From Cyanophyceae cyanobacterium (GTDB lineage Bacteria; Cyanobacteriota; Cyanobacteriia; Cyanobacteriales; Laspinemataceae), in the NCBI GenBank assembly GCA_038321985.1, contig JBBQFN010000029.1:1-63017 (forward strand): a stretch of 63,017 nucleotides of DNA, written 5' to 3'. Each line of letters begins with the position of its first letter. The first letter of the stretch is position 1. The notes beneath the pieces are model-generated. The model had not been told where the DNA came from and searched no databases. It saw only the letters and a list, made by a program, of their open reading frames with translations. Below are positions 50,617-60,112 of the stretch, in pieces. The position numbers were made by a program, and so were the translations under genes.

Positions 50617-53295
50617 TTAATTTAGATGCAGGGAAAACATGGACTTTCGGTATAATTCAGTAGCAATTTCCACCGGAACCGGCTTACTAAATAAGTAGCC
50701 TTGGGCAGCATCACAATTCACCAACTGTAAAAATTCCAACTGTTTTAAAGTTTCAACTCCTTCAGCAATTACTTCTAATTTCAAGCCATGTCCCAGGGTA
50801 AGAATTGCCTCAATAATAGCCGCATCATGGGGTTCAGTAGTGACTTCTTGAATAAACGAGCGGTCAATTTTCAATTTATCTAATGGGAAGTGCTTCAGGG
50901 ATGATAAAGATGAATATCCGGTCCCAAAATCATCTAGGGCAATGCCGATTCCCATCTCGTGCAATCCATGCAACAGAGAAATTGTTAAATCAACATCCTG
51001 CATCGCGATACTTTCGGTAATTTCCACCTCTAAATAGCAAGGAGAGAGTTTCGTTCGACTGAGAATTTTCGCGATTTCTTGCAGTAAATGTTGTTGGTGA
51101 AACTGACGCGCCGATAAATTGACCGCCATCCCAATTGGGGGAAGTCCCGCCAACTGCCATTGGTAATTTTGTCGCGTAGCAGCTTCGATCGCCCATTCTC
51201 CGATCGGACAAATTAGGCCCGTTTCTTCTGCCAGGGGAATAAATTCGCCCGGGGCCACTAACCCCAGTTCCGGATGCTGCCAGCGAATCAGGGCTTCCAT
51301 ACTGATAATTCGTCCGGTTTTTAAATCAATTTGAGGTTGATAGTACAGCCGAAACTCGTCCCGTTCTAAGGCTTTGTGCAAACTGGTTTCTAAAACTAGC
51401 CGTTCAAACGCTTTTGTGCCGATCGCTGGAGTGTAAAGCTGATAATTGTTCCGCCCTTGTTGCTTGGCCCGATACATGGCGGCATCGGCATTTTTTAGAA
51501 GTGTTTCTACATCTTCTCCATCGTAAGGGGCCAGGGCAATTCCTAAGCTGGCTTTCACATAAAAATCTTGAGTATCTAACCGAAATGGTTCATTAAAACA
51601 CTTCAAAATTTTAGTGCTAATTTCCGTAACATCTTCAGCCGAAGTCAAATGATTGATTAAGAACGTAAACTCATCTCCACCCCACCGCGCTATCATATCT
51701 CCTTCGGCCAAAGAAAGGCTTAACCGTTCGGCTACAACTTTGAGTAACAAATCTCCTAGGGCGTGACCCAGGGTATCATTAATGGTTTTAAATCCATCTA
51801 AGTCGAGAAAAATTACCCCCAGCATTTCGGCCCGCTGGTGATTGTCTGCTAGTGCCAGAGAAAGTCGCTCATTAAAGAGGAGTCGATTGGCTAAACCGGT
51901 CAGGCGATCGTGAGAGGCTTCGTGACGAATTAAGTTTTCAACCCGCCGTTGCATCACCGCCATATAGAGGTGAGTCCCGACGGATTCAGCCAGTTTAATT
52001 TCTTCGCTTTTCCAGAGGGTTGCTTCTCCTTTTTTTATTTCTCTCCATGCTTCAAATGAGGCACGAGGTCTACGGTTACGTTGGTCTAAATCATTTCGCC
52101 CCGCCCAGAGCGTTGCGGTTTCAACTTCGTGGCGAAATAAGGTTAAACAGCCTAAATATTGTCTATTATATTTTAAAGGAACAATTAAAATTGAGCGAAT
52201 TGTAGTGGCTTTAAAAGCAGAAATTAACGGTTTAAAAGCTGGGAATTGATAAATATCACTAATACTAAGACTGTGCAGATAAACAGTCGGATTTTGGGAA
52301 GCGTGAGAGTCGGTAGAATAGATTAAATTCGATTGAAAATCGGCTTCAGTGCCATTGCCGATCGCCCTTTCTTGAGGGGGGGGACTTTCGTAATGATTCA
52401 CCCTCGTGCTCAAAGGTCCAGTGCGCTCACTCCCATCAATCAACTGTTGCCAACACTCCGTTTCTTCAATCCAAGCAATACTAGGTTGAATCCCGTAAGT
52501 ATAGATTTGAGCCAATGCCCCCGTCATTTCCGGATTGATATAAAGTCGGCCTGCATCTGCCCGTAATGCGCTCACAGTTTCTTTAAGAACGGTTTGGCGA
52601 ATTTTTTTCAGGTCTAAAGGCGAGTGCAGGAGACCGCTAATTTTATTGAGTACGGACTCATCGCGCGCTTGGTGACGAGTGCGATTTAACAAATCCGATT
52701 GGGCGATCGCAATTGACATTTGATCCACCAGCAATTGAACGATCGCAATTTCTCGTTCTGAATATCTTCGGGGTTTAGCATGATGGGAAACCAGCAATCC
52801 CCACAGATGGTGTTGGTTGAGAATGGGAATCGCTAGTGAAGAAGCTACCCCCATATTGGTTAAATATTCCGAATGACAGGGATCGACCGGCAAATAGCGC
52901 ATACCTCCTCGGGCCAGACTCTCTCCCTTGTCTGAAAAATCAAGTTGTTCCGTCATTTTGTGTCCGGATGCCACATCGACAATCACCCGTTGACGTGCAT
53001 TTAGGAATAACTCGCGTGACTTCACGGGAATATCCGTAGCAGGAAACCGTAGCCCCAACATAGAAGGTAAGCGATCGCCTTGAATCGATTCCGCAATTAC
53101 TTCTCCGCTGCCATCTTCTTCAAAGCGATAAATTTTGACCCGATGGGTATTTAAAAAAGCGCGAATTTCTCGCGCAGTGGTTTCTAAAATCTCATTTAAT
53201 TCTAAAGACTGACGAATCCGACTCGCAATTCGGTTTAGTAAATTTTCTCGGTCCAATACTGGCGGTAAATTGCGTTTTATTTTTCGGCGAATCAT
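50617..53295 (-). CDS. Knotless (Cph2-like) phytochrome-GGDEF-EAL protein
   Basis: GAF with FPATDIP and PCH, tongue motif WAG...PRASF..W, ARWGGDEF, and EAL with DDFGTGYSS. Confidence 0.9.
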   Translation of the reverse strand: MIRRKIKRNLPPVLDRENLLNRIASRIRQSLELNEILETTAREIRAFLNTHRVKIYRFEEDGSGEVIAESIQGDRLPSMLGLRFPATDIPVKSRELFLNARQRVIVDVASGHKMTEQLDFSDKGESLARGGMRYLPVDPCHSEYLTNMGVASSLAIPILNQHHLWGLLVSHHAKPRRYSEREIAIVQLLVDQMSIAIAQSDLLNRTRHQARDESVLNKISGLLHSPLDLKKIRQTVLKETVSALRADAGRLYINPEMTGALAQIYTYGIQPSIAWIEETECWQQLIDGSERTGPLSTRVNHYESPPPQERAIGNGTEADFQSNLIYSTDSHASQNPTVYLHSLSISDIYQFPAFKPLISAFKATTIRSILIVPLKYNRQYLGCLTLFRHEVETATLWAGRNDLDQRNRRPRASFEAWREIKKGEATLWKSEEIKLAESVGTHLYMAVMQRRVENLIRHEASHDRLTGLANRLLFNERLSLALADNHQRAEMLGVIFLDLDGFKTINDTLGHALGDLLLKVVAERLSLSLAEGDMIARWGGDEFTFLINHLTSAEDVTEISTKILKCFNEPFRLDTQDFYVKASLGIALAPYDGEDVETLLKNADAAMYRAKQQGRNNYQLYTPAIGTKAFERLVLETSLHKALERDEFRLYYQPQIDLKTGRIISMEALIRWQHPELGLVAPGEFIPLAEETGLICPIGEWAIEAATRQNYQWQLAGLPPIGMAVNLSARQFHQQHLLQEIAKILSRTKLSPCYLEVEITESIAMQDVDLTISLLHGLHEMGIGIALDDFGTGYSSLSSLKHFPLDKLKIDRSFIQEVTTEPHDAAIIEAILTLGHGLKLEVIAEGVETLKQLEFLQLVNCDAAQGYLFSKPVPVEIATELYRKSMFSLHLN

Positions 53296-53985
53296 GGCTG
53301 CGATCTCCCCTTCATGAGCATTGTAATTTTAACCGAGGATACCCAAATTATGGGGGTGAACTCACTCCCAGCTTAAAGGTGTGAGCTTACTGCCTAGAGA
53401 AATTTGCAGCACAGAAGTCTGGGTGCGAGTCCGTTCCCTTAGGGCGGTTATCCTCGGCATTCGAGGTTAAAAAATTTTCCCTATTACCCAAACCCAAAGT
53501 ATTTATATTAATTTTACGATTTTTGATCATAAATAATCCATGTTTGGTCCTAGTTTTAATATTTTTTAGGAAAGCGATCGCCCCACAGCTTGAAAAAGGA
53601 GCAGAGGCTCCCCATCCTTGAACCCTGGTACAGTCCTCCTAGATCCCGGATAGGGCCAAGCCCCGAACGCCTCTGGCTTTCATCAAGGCCGGATGCTGGC
53701 CCTACCTCAACGGCGATCGCTCTATTCTATGCAAACTCTGCATTTAAACCCCGGAATCCAGGTCCCAATCAGGTCCCCTGATCTCCAGAAACCATCGGTT
53801 CTCCTTCGTAAGAGAAACGCCAGAGAAACGGAATCCCCATTCTCATGCTACAATCCGATTTCTCTGAATGAAAAAGGCAATCGCCCCCTTGCACTCACCC
53901 TCGGGGAGAGAACAATTCTATGAAAGGCAACCGCTTTTACTAAGGACTGGCGAGGGAGGATTTTTCCGGAACCCGAAGCATTCTG

Positions 53986-53994
53986 TGTTAAAAT
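53986..53994 (+). promoter_or_regulatory. Extended -10 element (TGnTAAAAT), candidate rpsU leader promoter
   Basis: TGTTAAAAT about 400 nt upstream of rpsU. Confidence 0.4.
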
Positions 53995-54401
53995 ATATCT
54001 CGCAGATAAAGTTTGATTGTCGTGTTTGTTGCGATACAGACAAGCCAACAAACACTATCGGGTTTCAAAGCCGATTCATAACAGGTAGCCAGTTTCGGAC
54101 AAAGCGCGATGGGGTGGCTTTGTGTTCCTACCTCCGAGCCGTCCGTTGAGTGGAAACCCCACCCTCGCCCACGGCTCGACAGCGGAGGATCGCCCCCATC
54201 AGCAGTGATAGACTCCGAAAGCAAGTTTCCATATCATCAAAAGTAAGCGTAATTGCTTTTGCGTCTGAAGCTGGTAGTTGTTTTGAGCGTGTAGAGGCAC
54301 TTTGGCAATGCCTTTTAAGTTGGTCTTAAAGAATCTCAGCGTCTTGCTGACCTGAGAGTGTCAACCACCCGTCCATATATTAATACTCAGGAGGATACCG
54401 G

Positions 54402-54584
54402 ATGACTCAAGTCGTTGTCGGCGAAAATGAAGCGATTGAATCTGCCCTGCGCCGCTTTAAGCGTCAGGTGGCAAAAGAGGGAATTTATGCAGACATGAAG
54501 CGTCAGCGTCACTTTGAAACTCCCCTAGAAAAGCGTAAGCGCAAAGAAATCGCACGCAGACGCAAACGTAGATATTCCAGATAG
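54402..54584 (+). CDS. rpsU: 30S ribosomal protein S21
   Basis: [15 protein letters not shown] and [22 protein letters not shown]. Confidence 0.96.
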   Translation: MTQVVVGENEAIESALRRFKRQVAKEGIYADMKRQRHFETPLEKRKRKEIARRRKRRYSR

Positions 54585-54679
54585 AAGACCCTCAACCCGC
54601 TCATCGGAGCGGGGGGCATCATTTGCGATTAGCCTTCGCAGTGGGTAGGCCGGGAGTTACGAAGCAGTTCCTAGAAGCT

Positions 54680-55147
54680 CTAATACTGCTTTAACGCCCG
54701 TTCTATCTCCCGTTTGTTCTCGCGTTCTTTCACCGCCGCTCGCTTGTCGTGGAGTTGCTTGCCTCGAACTAGGGCAATCTCCACCTTAACTAACCCACGC
54801 TTGAGATACATCTTCGTCGGTACCATGGTCAAGCCTTTTTGTTCCACCTTGCCGATCAACTTGCGGATTTGATCTCGGTGCAGTAACAGTTTCCGACTCC
54901 GCGTCGGCTCATGGTTAAAATAGACGCTGGCGGTCTGGTAAGGGGAAACATTCACATTCAGCAGCCACGCCTCGGCCTCGCGAAACAGCACATACCCATC
55001 TCGGATATTCACCTTCCCTTCGCGAATAGATTTAACCTCCGTCCCTTTTAACTCAATCCCCGCTTCGTATTGTTCTAGAATCTCATATAAAAAACGGGCT
55101 TGGCGATTATCGCTAACTATTTTGATCCCTTCGCTTTGTTGCGCCAT
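54680..55147 (-). CDS. smpB: SsrA-binding protein SmpB
   Basis: NRQARFLY, AGIELKGTEVKSIR, RKLLLH and GKQLHDKR. Confidence 0.97.
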   Translation of the reverse strand: MAQQSEGIKIVSDNRQARFLYEILEQYEAGIELKGTEVKSIREGKVNIRDGYVLFREAEAWLLNVNVSPYQTASVYFNHEPTRSRKLLLHRDQIRKLIGKVEQKGLTMVPTKMYLKRGLVKVEIALVRGKQLHDKRAAVKERENKREIERALKQY

Positions 55148-55387
55148 CTGTATTTCTTAGTTTCTACTGTTTCTATTATCAACGAGAGTCGATTCGGCTA
55201 GAAACTAGCACGAACGCCTTTCTCCTATTTCTAGAGTATCGTTTTTACTAGACCTCTTCCATAAATCTAACTAGATCCCGTTTACCCAGGAGCAACAAGC
55301 CAAGGACCCACCGATCCCGAGGTATTTCCGGATGTTTATAGTCCCGACTTGCTGTCGGTTCTTCCCATCCCAAGGGGTGGCGGTTCA

Positions 55388-55429
55388 AACCCCTGTAGAG
55401 ACGCGAAATTTCCCATCTCTACAGGGGTT
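55388..55429. repeat. REP-like GTAG-type palindrome
   Basis: AACCCCTGTAGAGA...TCTCTACAGGGGTT 14-bp arms; a related half copy GCGTCTCTACA lies near 32289. Confidence 0.65.
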
Positions 55430-55526
55430 AAAAACTTAAGGGCGGTTTTAAACAAATAGTTGGCACCCGGTGGGACAACCAGCCGCGCTTTTGGAGGCTG
55501 GGATATCAGGCTGACTAGAGGGGGGT

Positions 55527-56282
55527 CTAATTTTCCACCGAGATCTTTTCCATGCCTAGTTCGCGACTACCCGTTCTTGCCCAACGCGCGGTGGCTTCGT
55601 TGCCCTGAAATTGGTACTCCAACACCGCTAGGTCATTGCCCGTGCCCCAACCGACAATCAGCCAATCATCCATTCGCAACCCGATGCCGCGATAAGTTTG
55701 ATCGTCTACATTCCAGGTGAGTTGATAAGTATCGCGCAATTGGGCGATGGTTAATGTTCCACCGAATGAAGAATCGACTTCTCCAGGGTCTGTACTTCTA
55801 ATTTGATATTCCCCTGTTAACTGTCCCTGTCGCCTCCCGGTGGCGACTTCTGTGCCAACTGCACCATTAGCGGTGCTGAGGGTCCATTTGCCATCTAGGG
55901 TGCCATCGTCTTGGATCCGATACAGGGCGACGCCATAGATGGCCTCGTCAAGTCCAGCACCCACCAGTAGCCGGCCCTCTTCATAGAACCCCAACCCGGA
56001 ATAATTGCCTTCAGAGGTTTCCCAAGAGACTTTATACAGGTTATCGGTGTTGCCGATCGCTGCAACATCAAGACTGCCGGTGTAATTTTGACCTGTAGGG
56101 GTTCTGGCTTCCGTAATCCGCCAGACTCCCTCAAGGCGATCAGGTTCGGACTTTCGCCTCCAGAAAAATGCAGTTTGAGTGGGTTCTAGTTCTGGAGTGA
56201 GGGGTTGTTCGATCGCACCGATGGTGGGGGAGGCAGGCAGGGCCAACACCATTAGGACACTCAAGAGATAACGGGCTGTCAT
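55527..56282 (-). CDS. Secreted hypothetical protein with two related beta-rich domains
   Basis: Signal peptide from MTARYLL; internal repeat L.G.(W/Y).I...G.L......Y...W......Y.G.G. Confidence 0.7.
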   Translation of the reverse strand: MTARYLLSVLMVLALPASPTIGAIEQPLTPELEPTQTAFFWRRKSEPDRLEGVWRITEARTPTGQNYTGSLDVAAIGNTDNLYKVSWETSEGNYSGLGFYEEGRLLVGAGLDEAIYGVALYRIQDDGTLDGKWTLSTANGAVGTEVATGRRQGQLTGEYQIRSTDPGEVDSSFGGTLTIAQLRDTYQLTWNVDDQTYRGIGLRMDDWLIVGWGTGNDLAVLEYQFQGNEATARWARTGSRELGMEKISVEN

Positions 56283-56562
56283 TCGATAAGTCACGATTAG
56301 GTTTTTCCTCGGTTGAGTGGTGGAAAGAATTGAGCTATGGGACAAAGGGGCGATCGCGCAACCCCGATGCCCGGATGAATGGAGATGACCCGGTTGTTGT
56401 CTTGAGGGTTTCGCAGGGGGCGGAGTCTCCCCGGGAATCAGTGGGGATCGTTAATGGGCCCGAAAGTCTCCCAATCACCCACGGTTCCAGGCTTTCGCCG
56501 GATCGGCGAAGGGAAAACCCTATGCCTTAAGGCGTAATTTGGGGAAAACATTTGAAAACCTC

Positions 56563-56597
56563 TTGACATTTGATTTTCAAACGGTAACAATGAATAC
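56563..56597 (+). promoter_or_regulatory. sigma70-type promoter with an NtcA box over the -10 (repressor position)
   Basis: TTGACA at 56563-68; GTA-ACAATGAA-TAC at 56584-97 covers the -10 region. Confidence 0.8.
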
Positions 56598-56606
56598 AGA
56601 AAGTAA

Positions 56607-56697
56607 ATCGTTCATCCCTACCACAAGCCAGTTCATCCCTGAACGGCATGAAGCTGGCGAGGGACGGAAGTAGGGACTCATTCCCGAAGGAACGCGC
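56607..56697 (+). ncRNA. Glutamine riboswitch (glnA motif, type I)
   Basis: ATCGTTCA...GACGGAAGTAGGGA...TCCCGAAGGAACGCG; P1 CGTTC/GAACG, P2 TCCCT/AGGGA, P3 GGGA/TCCC. Confidence 0.92.
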
Positions 56698-56737
56698 CTC
56701 ATCCTACAAACAAGACTCTATTTAGGAGGCGAAAAAC

Positions 56738-57061
56738 ATGACACTTTCATACCGTGGAATCAATTACGACTACAGCCCCGCCGATGTTGAAGTCACCGAA
56801 GGTGAACTAGCTGGTAAGTATCGCGGGCTAGATTGGAAATTTTGCAATCAGAAGAAAGCGCCGGTGCAGCAAGCAACGGTGGAACTGAAGTATCGCGGAG
56901 TTGCGGTGACAACTGGCGAAGTGGAATCCCCACAGACATCGGCCTCACAACAAGCTCGCCAGCTGATGATGGAACGGCAAGTCAAGGGCGAAAAACGCCA
57001 GCGTTCTATGTTAAGCCGTTTGACTGCTGAACTCAAGAGTGTTCCGGTTGTTGCCCATTAA
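56738..57061 (+). CDS. gifB: Glutamine synthetase inactivating factor IF17-like (DUF4278 plus IF core)
   Basis: Three YRG motifs (DUF4278). QQAR...KRQRSMLSR keeps the IF7 R8/R21/R28 spacing. Riboswitch and NtcA box upstream. Confidence 0.85.
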   Translation: MTLSYRGINYDYSPADVEVTEGELAGKYRGLDWKFCNQKKAPVQQATVELKYRGVAVTTGEVESPQTSASQQARQLMMERQVKGEKRQRSMLSRLTAELKSVPVVAH

Positions 57062-57538
57062 GGGAAAGTGATCAGGTACCCAGCTTTGTAAGCTGAGGGC
57101 TGGGTAAAAATTCTCAACAACTTAATTAATTGATTTAATATCTCCCATTTGGGGGGTATTTTTTTTTGGCGGCGATCGCAATTGAAGGGGTCCTACTCGA
57201 TTCCTGGAGGAGTGGAAAACTGCCTTTTAGGGACTCAGCAGAGGGAGGGATGTTCTATGGCAAAATTAAGGGGAGATCAGCAGTCGGTTAAGCTGGGGTC
57301 AGTAGGTGGATCTCATGCTAGTCCAGCGATCGCACCGGAGAAAAAATGCCTAGATCCGTTGCGCGCTAGGGAATGCCAGATGATCCTCCAGGTTCTGTGA
57401 GCATGGAATGAAGCGAGGTTCACCTACGGATATCACAGAAGGAGGTCGAATGGTCGAACACTCAGCATTAATATCAATATCAAGATAACTGTCTGCGATC
57501 GCCCGTAAGGGTATCCTCTTTTTAGACCCTAGCCCTCG

Positions 57539-59287
57539 TTGATTATGACCCAATTTGACGAATTGCAACCGCCTGAAGGGTTGACCCCACCCCCCTCACC
57601 CCCGGAAAATTCACCTCCGGCGAGACCCATTTCCCCGGTATGGTCGCTGGTCAACCACCTGCTTGGTGCGGGTTCTGACTATGAAAGAGGGAACCGACTG
57701 TATGAACAAAAGAATTATGCTGGGGCAGTCGCCTTTTATGAAAAAGCGATTCAAAAAAAGCCCACTATGCATCGGGCATTGCTGAAACGTGGCACGGCCC
57801 TGATGAATTTACATCGCTATGAAGAGGCGATCGGGGGTTATGATGGGGCCATTAAAGTCAACCCCGATGACTATTGGGCCTGGACCTTCAGAGGGCGGTG
57901 TCTGTTTCACTTACAGCGGTATCAGGAAGCCTTGGCATCCTTTGATCAAAGTATTCAAATTAATAGCCATCAATACGAAGCCTGGTATTTCCGAGGGCGA
58001 TCGCTGTTAGAACTCCAACAATACAAACCCGCCATCACTGCCTTTGATAAAGCGGTCAAACTCAAACCCAAACTTTCGGGGGGATGGTATTACCGAGGTT
58101 TAACTTTCTTGGCACTACAGCGCCCTGAACTGGCCTTAGCATCATTTCAGCAGGCGGTAGCATTGGACCCCCAAAATGCTGCGGCTTGGTTTAATCACGG
58201 GGTAGCCCTAGATCACCTGCAACGCTACGCGGAATCGATCGCCTCTTACGATCGCACCCTGCAACGAGTCCCCGAAAATGCCGCATCCTGGTTTAATCGG
58301 GGCGTAGCCTTGGAAAAGTTGCAACGTTATACCGACGCCGTCGCCTCCTTTGATCGCGTGATTCAATTCGCACCCAGCAATCCCTTAGTCTGGTTTTATA
58401 AAGGCCGTGCACTAAAACATCAGTGGGTAGAAGCGGCGATTTCCTGTTTTGATAAAGCCATTGAATTGCATCCCAACTGGCCGGAAGCCTGGATGAATCG
58501 AGGCATTGCCTTATCCGACAGCGGTCAGTATGAAGAGGCTTTAACCTCGTTTGACCAGGCTACCAAAATTAATCCCAATTTGTCCACGGCTTGGCTGGGG
58601 CGCGGTATGGCCTTATATGGATTGGCCCGCTATAAAGATGCCATTCAAGCCCTTAGCAATGCCATTCAAATTCAGCCTAATTTCCCCGAAGCCTGGTATC
58701 ACCGAGGAATGGCTTTAGAGCAACTTCAGAAATATGAAGAAGCGCTGACGGCTTATGAAAAAGTCGTGCAAGTTACCCAGGAACCCATGTTTCTTTATCG
58801 GTCCTGGGTGAAACGGTCGGAAGTGCTGGAAAAACTCGAACGCTATACTGAAGCCCTGGATGCCTTTGCTAAAGTGATCGAAGTTAAACCTAATGATGCC
58901 CAAGCCTGGATGAAACGGGGGGATTTACTGTTTTTAGCCCAACGTTATATCGATGCGATTGTGGCTTACGACCAAGCGATCGCCATCTGGCCGAATCATT
59001 ATGAACCCTGGATGAAACGGGGTAGAGTTTTAAGTAAAATTGGTCAATATCCCCAGGCGATCGCTGCCTACGATACTGTAATCCAAATGAAACCCACCCA
59101 CGCCCTGGCTTGGTTGCGACGGGGGGAATCCTTGGAAAAATTGCACCGCTATCCGGAAGCTGCTCGTTCCTACGGTGTGGCGATCGAAGTGGATGCCAAC
59201 TGTACCGACGCGATCGAAAAGCGGAACCGTCTGCATGAAAAACTGGCACAAGGCCCAGTTTTTCCCCATGAAACTGATTTAACTTAG
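57539..59287 (+). CDS. Multi-TPR protein with a Pro-rich N-terminus
   Basis: About 15 TPR units of the AW..RG..L..L.RY.EA...YD.AI type. Confidence 0.92.
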   Translation: MIMTQFDELQPPEGLTPPPSPPENSPPARPISPVWSLVNHLLGAGSDYERGNRLYEQKNYAGAVAFYEKAIQKKPTMHRALLKRGTALMNLHRYEEAIGGYDGAIKVNPDDYWAWTFRGRCLFHLQRYQEALASFDQSIQINSHQYEAWYFRGRSLLELQQYKPAITAFDKAVKLKPKLSGGWYYRGLTFLALQRPELALASFQQAVALDPQNAAAWFNHGVALDHLQRYAESIASYDRTLQRVPENAASWFNRGVALEKLQRYTDAVASFDRVIQFAPSNPLVWFYKGRALKHQWVEAAISCFDKAIELHPNWPEAWMNRGIALSDSGQYEEALTSFDQATKINPNLSTAWLGRGMALYGLARYKDAIQALSNAIQIQPNFPEAWYHRGMALEQLQKYEEALTAYEKVVQVTQEPMFLYRSWVKRSEVLEKLERYTEALDAFAKVIEVKPNDAQAWMKRGDLLFLAQRYIDAIVAYDQAIAIWPNHYEPWMKRGRVLSKIGQYPQAIAAYDTVIQMKPTHALAWLRRGESLEKLHRYPEAARSYGVAIEVDANCTDAIEKRNRLHEKLAQGPVFPHETDLT

Positions 59288-59330
59288 AGGCCAAAAGTCT
59301 GTTTTTCTCCCTAGAATTCAGGGTGAATCC

Positions 59331-59765
59331 ATGTTAAAACGAATCACAGTAGCAACAGCAGTCGGATTGATTCAACTGGGGGTGTTTCCATCTCTTGCCT
59401 TCAGTGCAAACCCGGAACATTTATTGCAGTTACAAAGGGGTAATGAATGTCGAAACTGTGACCTTAGTGGTGCCGATCTCACGGGGTTAGATTTACGCAG
59501 GGCTGATTTAATGGGGTCCAATTTGAGAAATGCCATTCTCAGCCACGCTAATCTCATGGAGGCCAATTTAACCGGTGCCGACCTTCAAAATGCGATTTTG
59601 ATTGAGACTAATTTGTTTAGTAGCAATCTGAGTTACGCCAATCTAAGCGGTGCCAATCTTCAAGATGCAATTTTAGTCAGTGCTATTATCAATGGTACAG
59701 ACTTTACAGGTGCGGTTCTACAGGGCAGCAGTGGGGTAGAATTGGGTAGTCAGAATTTAGAGTAA
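59331..59765 (+). CDS. Exported pentapeptide repeat protein
   Basis: Signal peptide, C..CDLSGADL and A(D/N)L repeats. Confidence 0.92.
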   Translation: MLKRITVATAVGLIQLGVFPSLAFSANPEHLLQLQRGNECRNCDLSGADLTGLDLRRADLMGSNLRNAILSHANLMEANLTGADLQNAILIETNLFSSNLSYANLSGANLQDAILVSAIINGTDFTGAVLQGSSGVELGSQNLE

Positions 59766-60043
59766 ACTCGTCAAAGGCCGGATGAGATTACTCTTTTTGT
59801 ATAAAATCTTAACCGATTGCTCAATTAAAAAGGGGAGACTTTTTGAATTTTTCCCCTCAAAAATTCCTAAATCTGCCCAAGATTAGAGCAAAAAATTATT
59901 CACCCCTGCCAACTCACCCTCAAGGCGGTTATCTTATATTTAGTTTGATTTATGGGTCTTAATAAATGAACGAATGGTTCGGCAAGATTGGTATGATTAA
60001 ATTTAGGACTTAAATCTAATTGAATTGAGTCTTTATTTCCCAC

Positions 60044-60070
60044 ATTAGGGTGGATACTGCCCACCCTAAT
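60044..60070. repeat. REP/SDR-like palindrome
   Basis: ATTAGGGTGG-ATACTGC-CCACCCTAAT. Confidence 0.55.
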
Positions 60071-60112
60071 CTACTAAAGTCTAAAAAAAATGGCACCATA
60101 AAGGAATAAAAT

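Noticed and set aside
54590..55520. tmRNA (ssrA) next to smpB
   Set aside because: No tRNA-like GGGG...CCACCA ends or tag reading frame visible.
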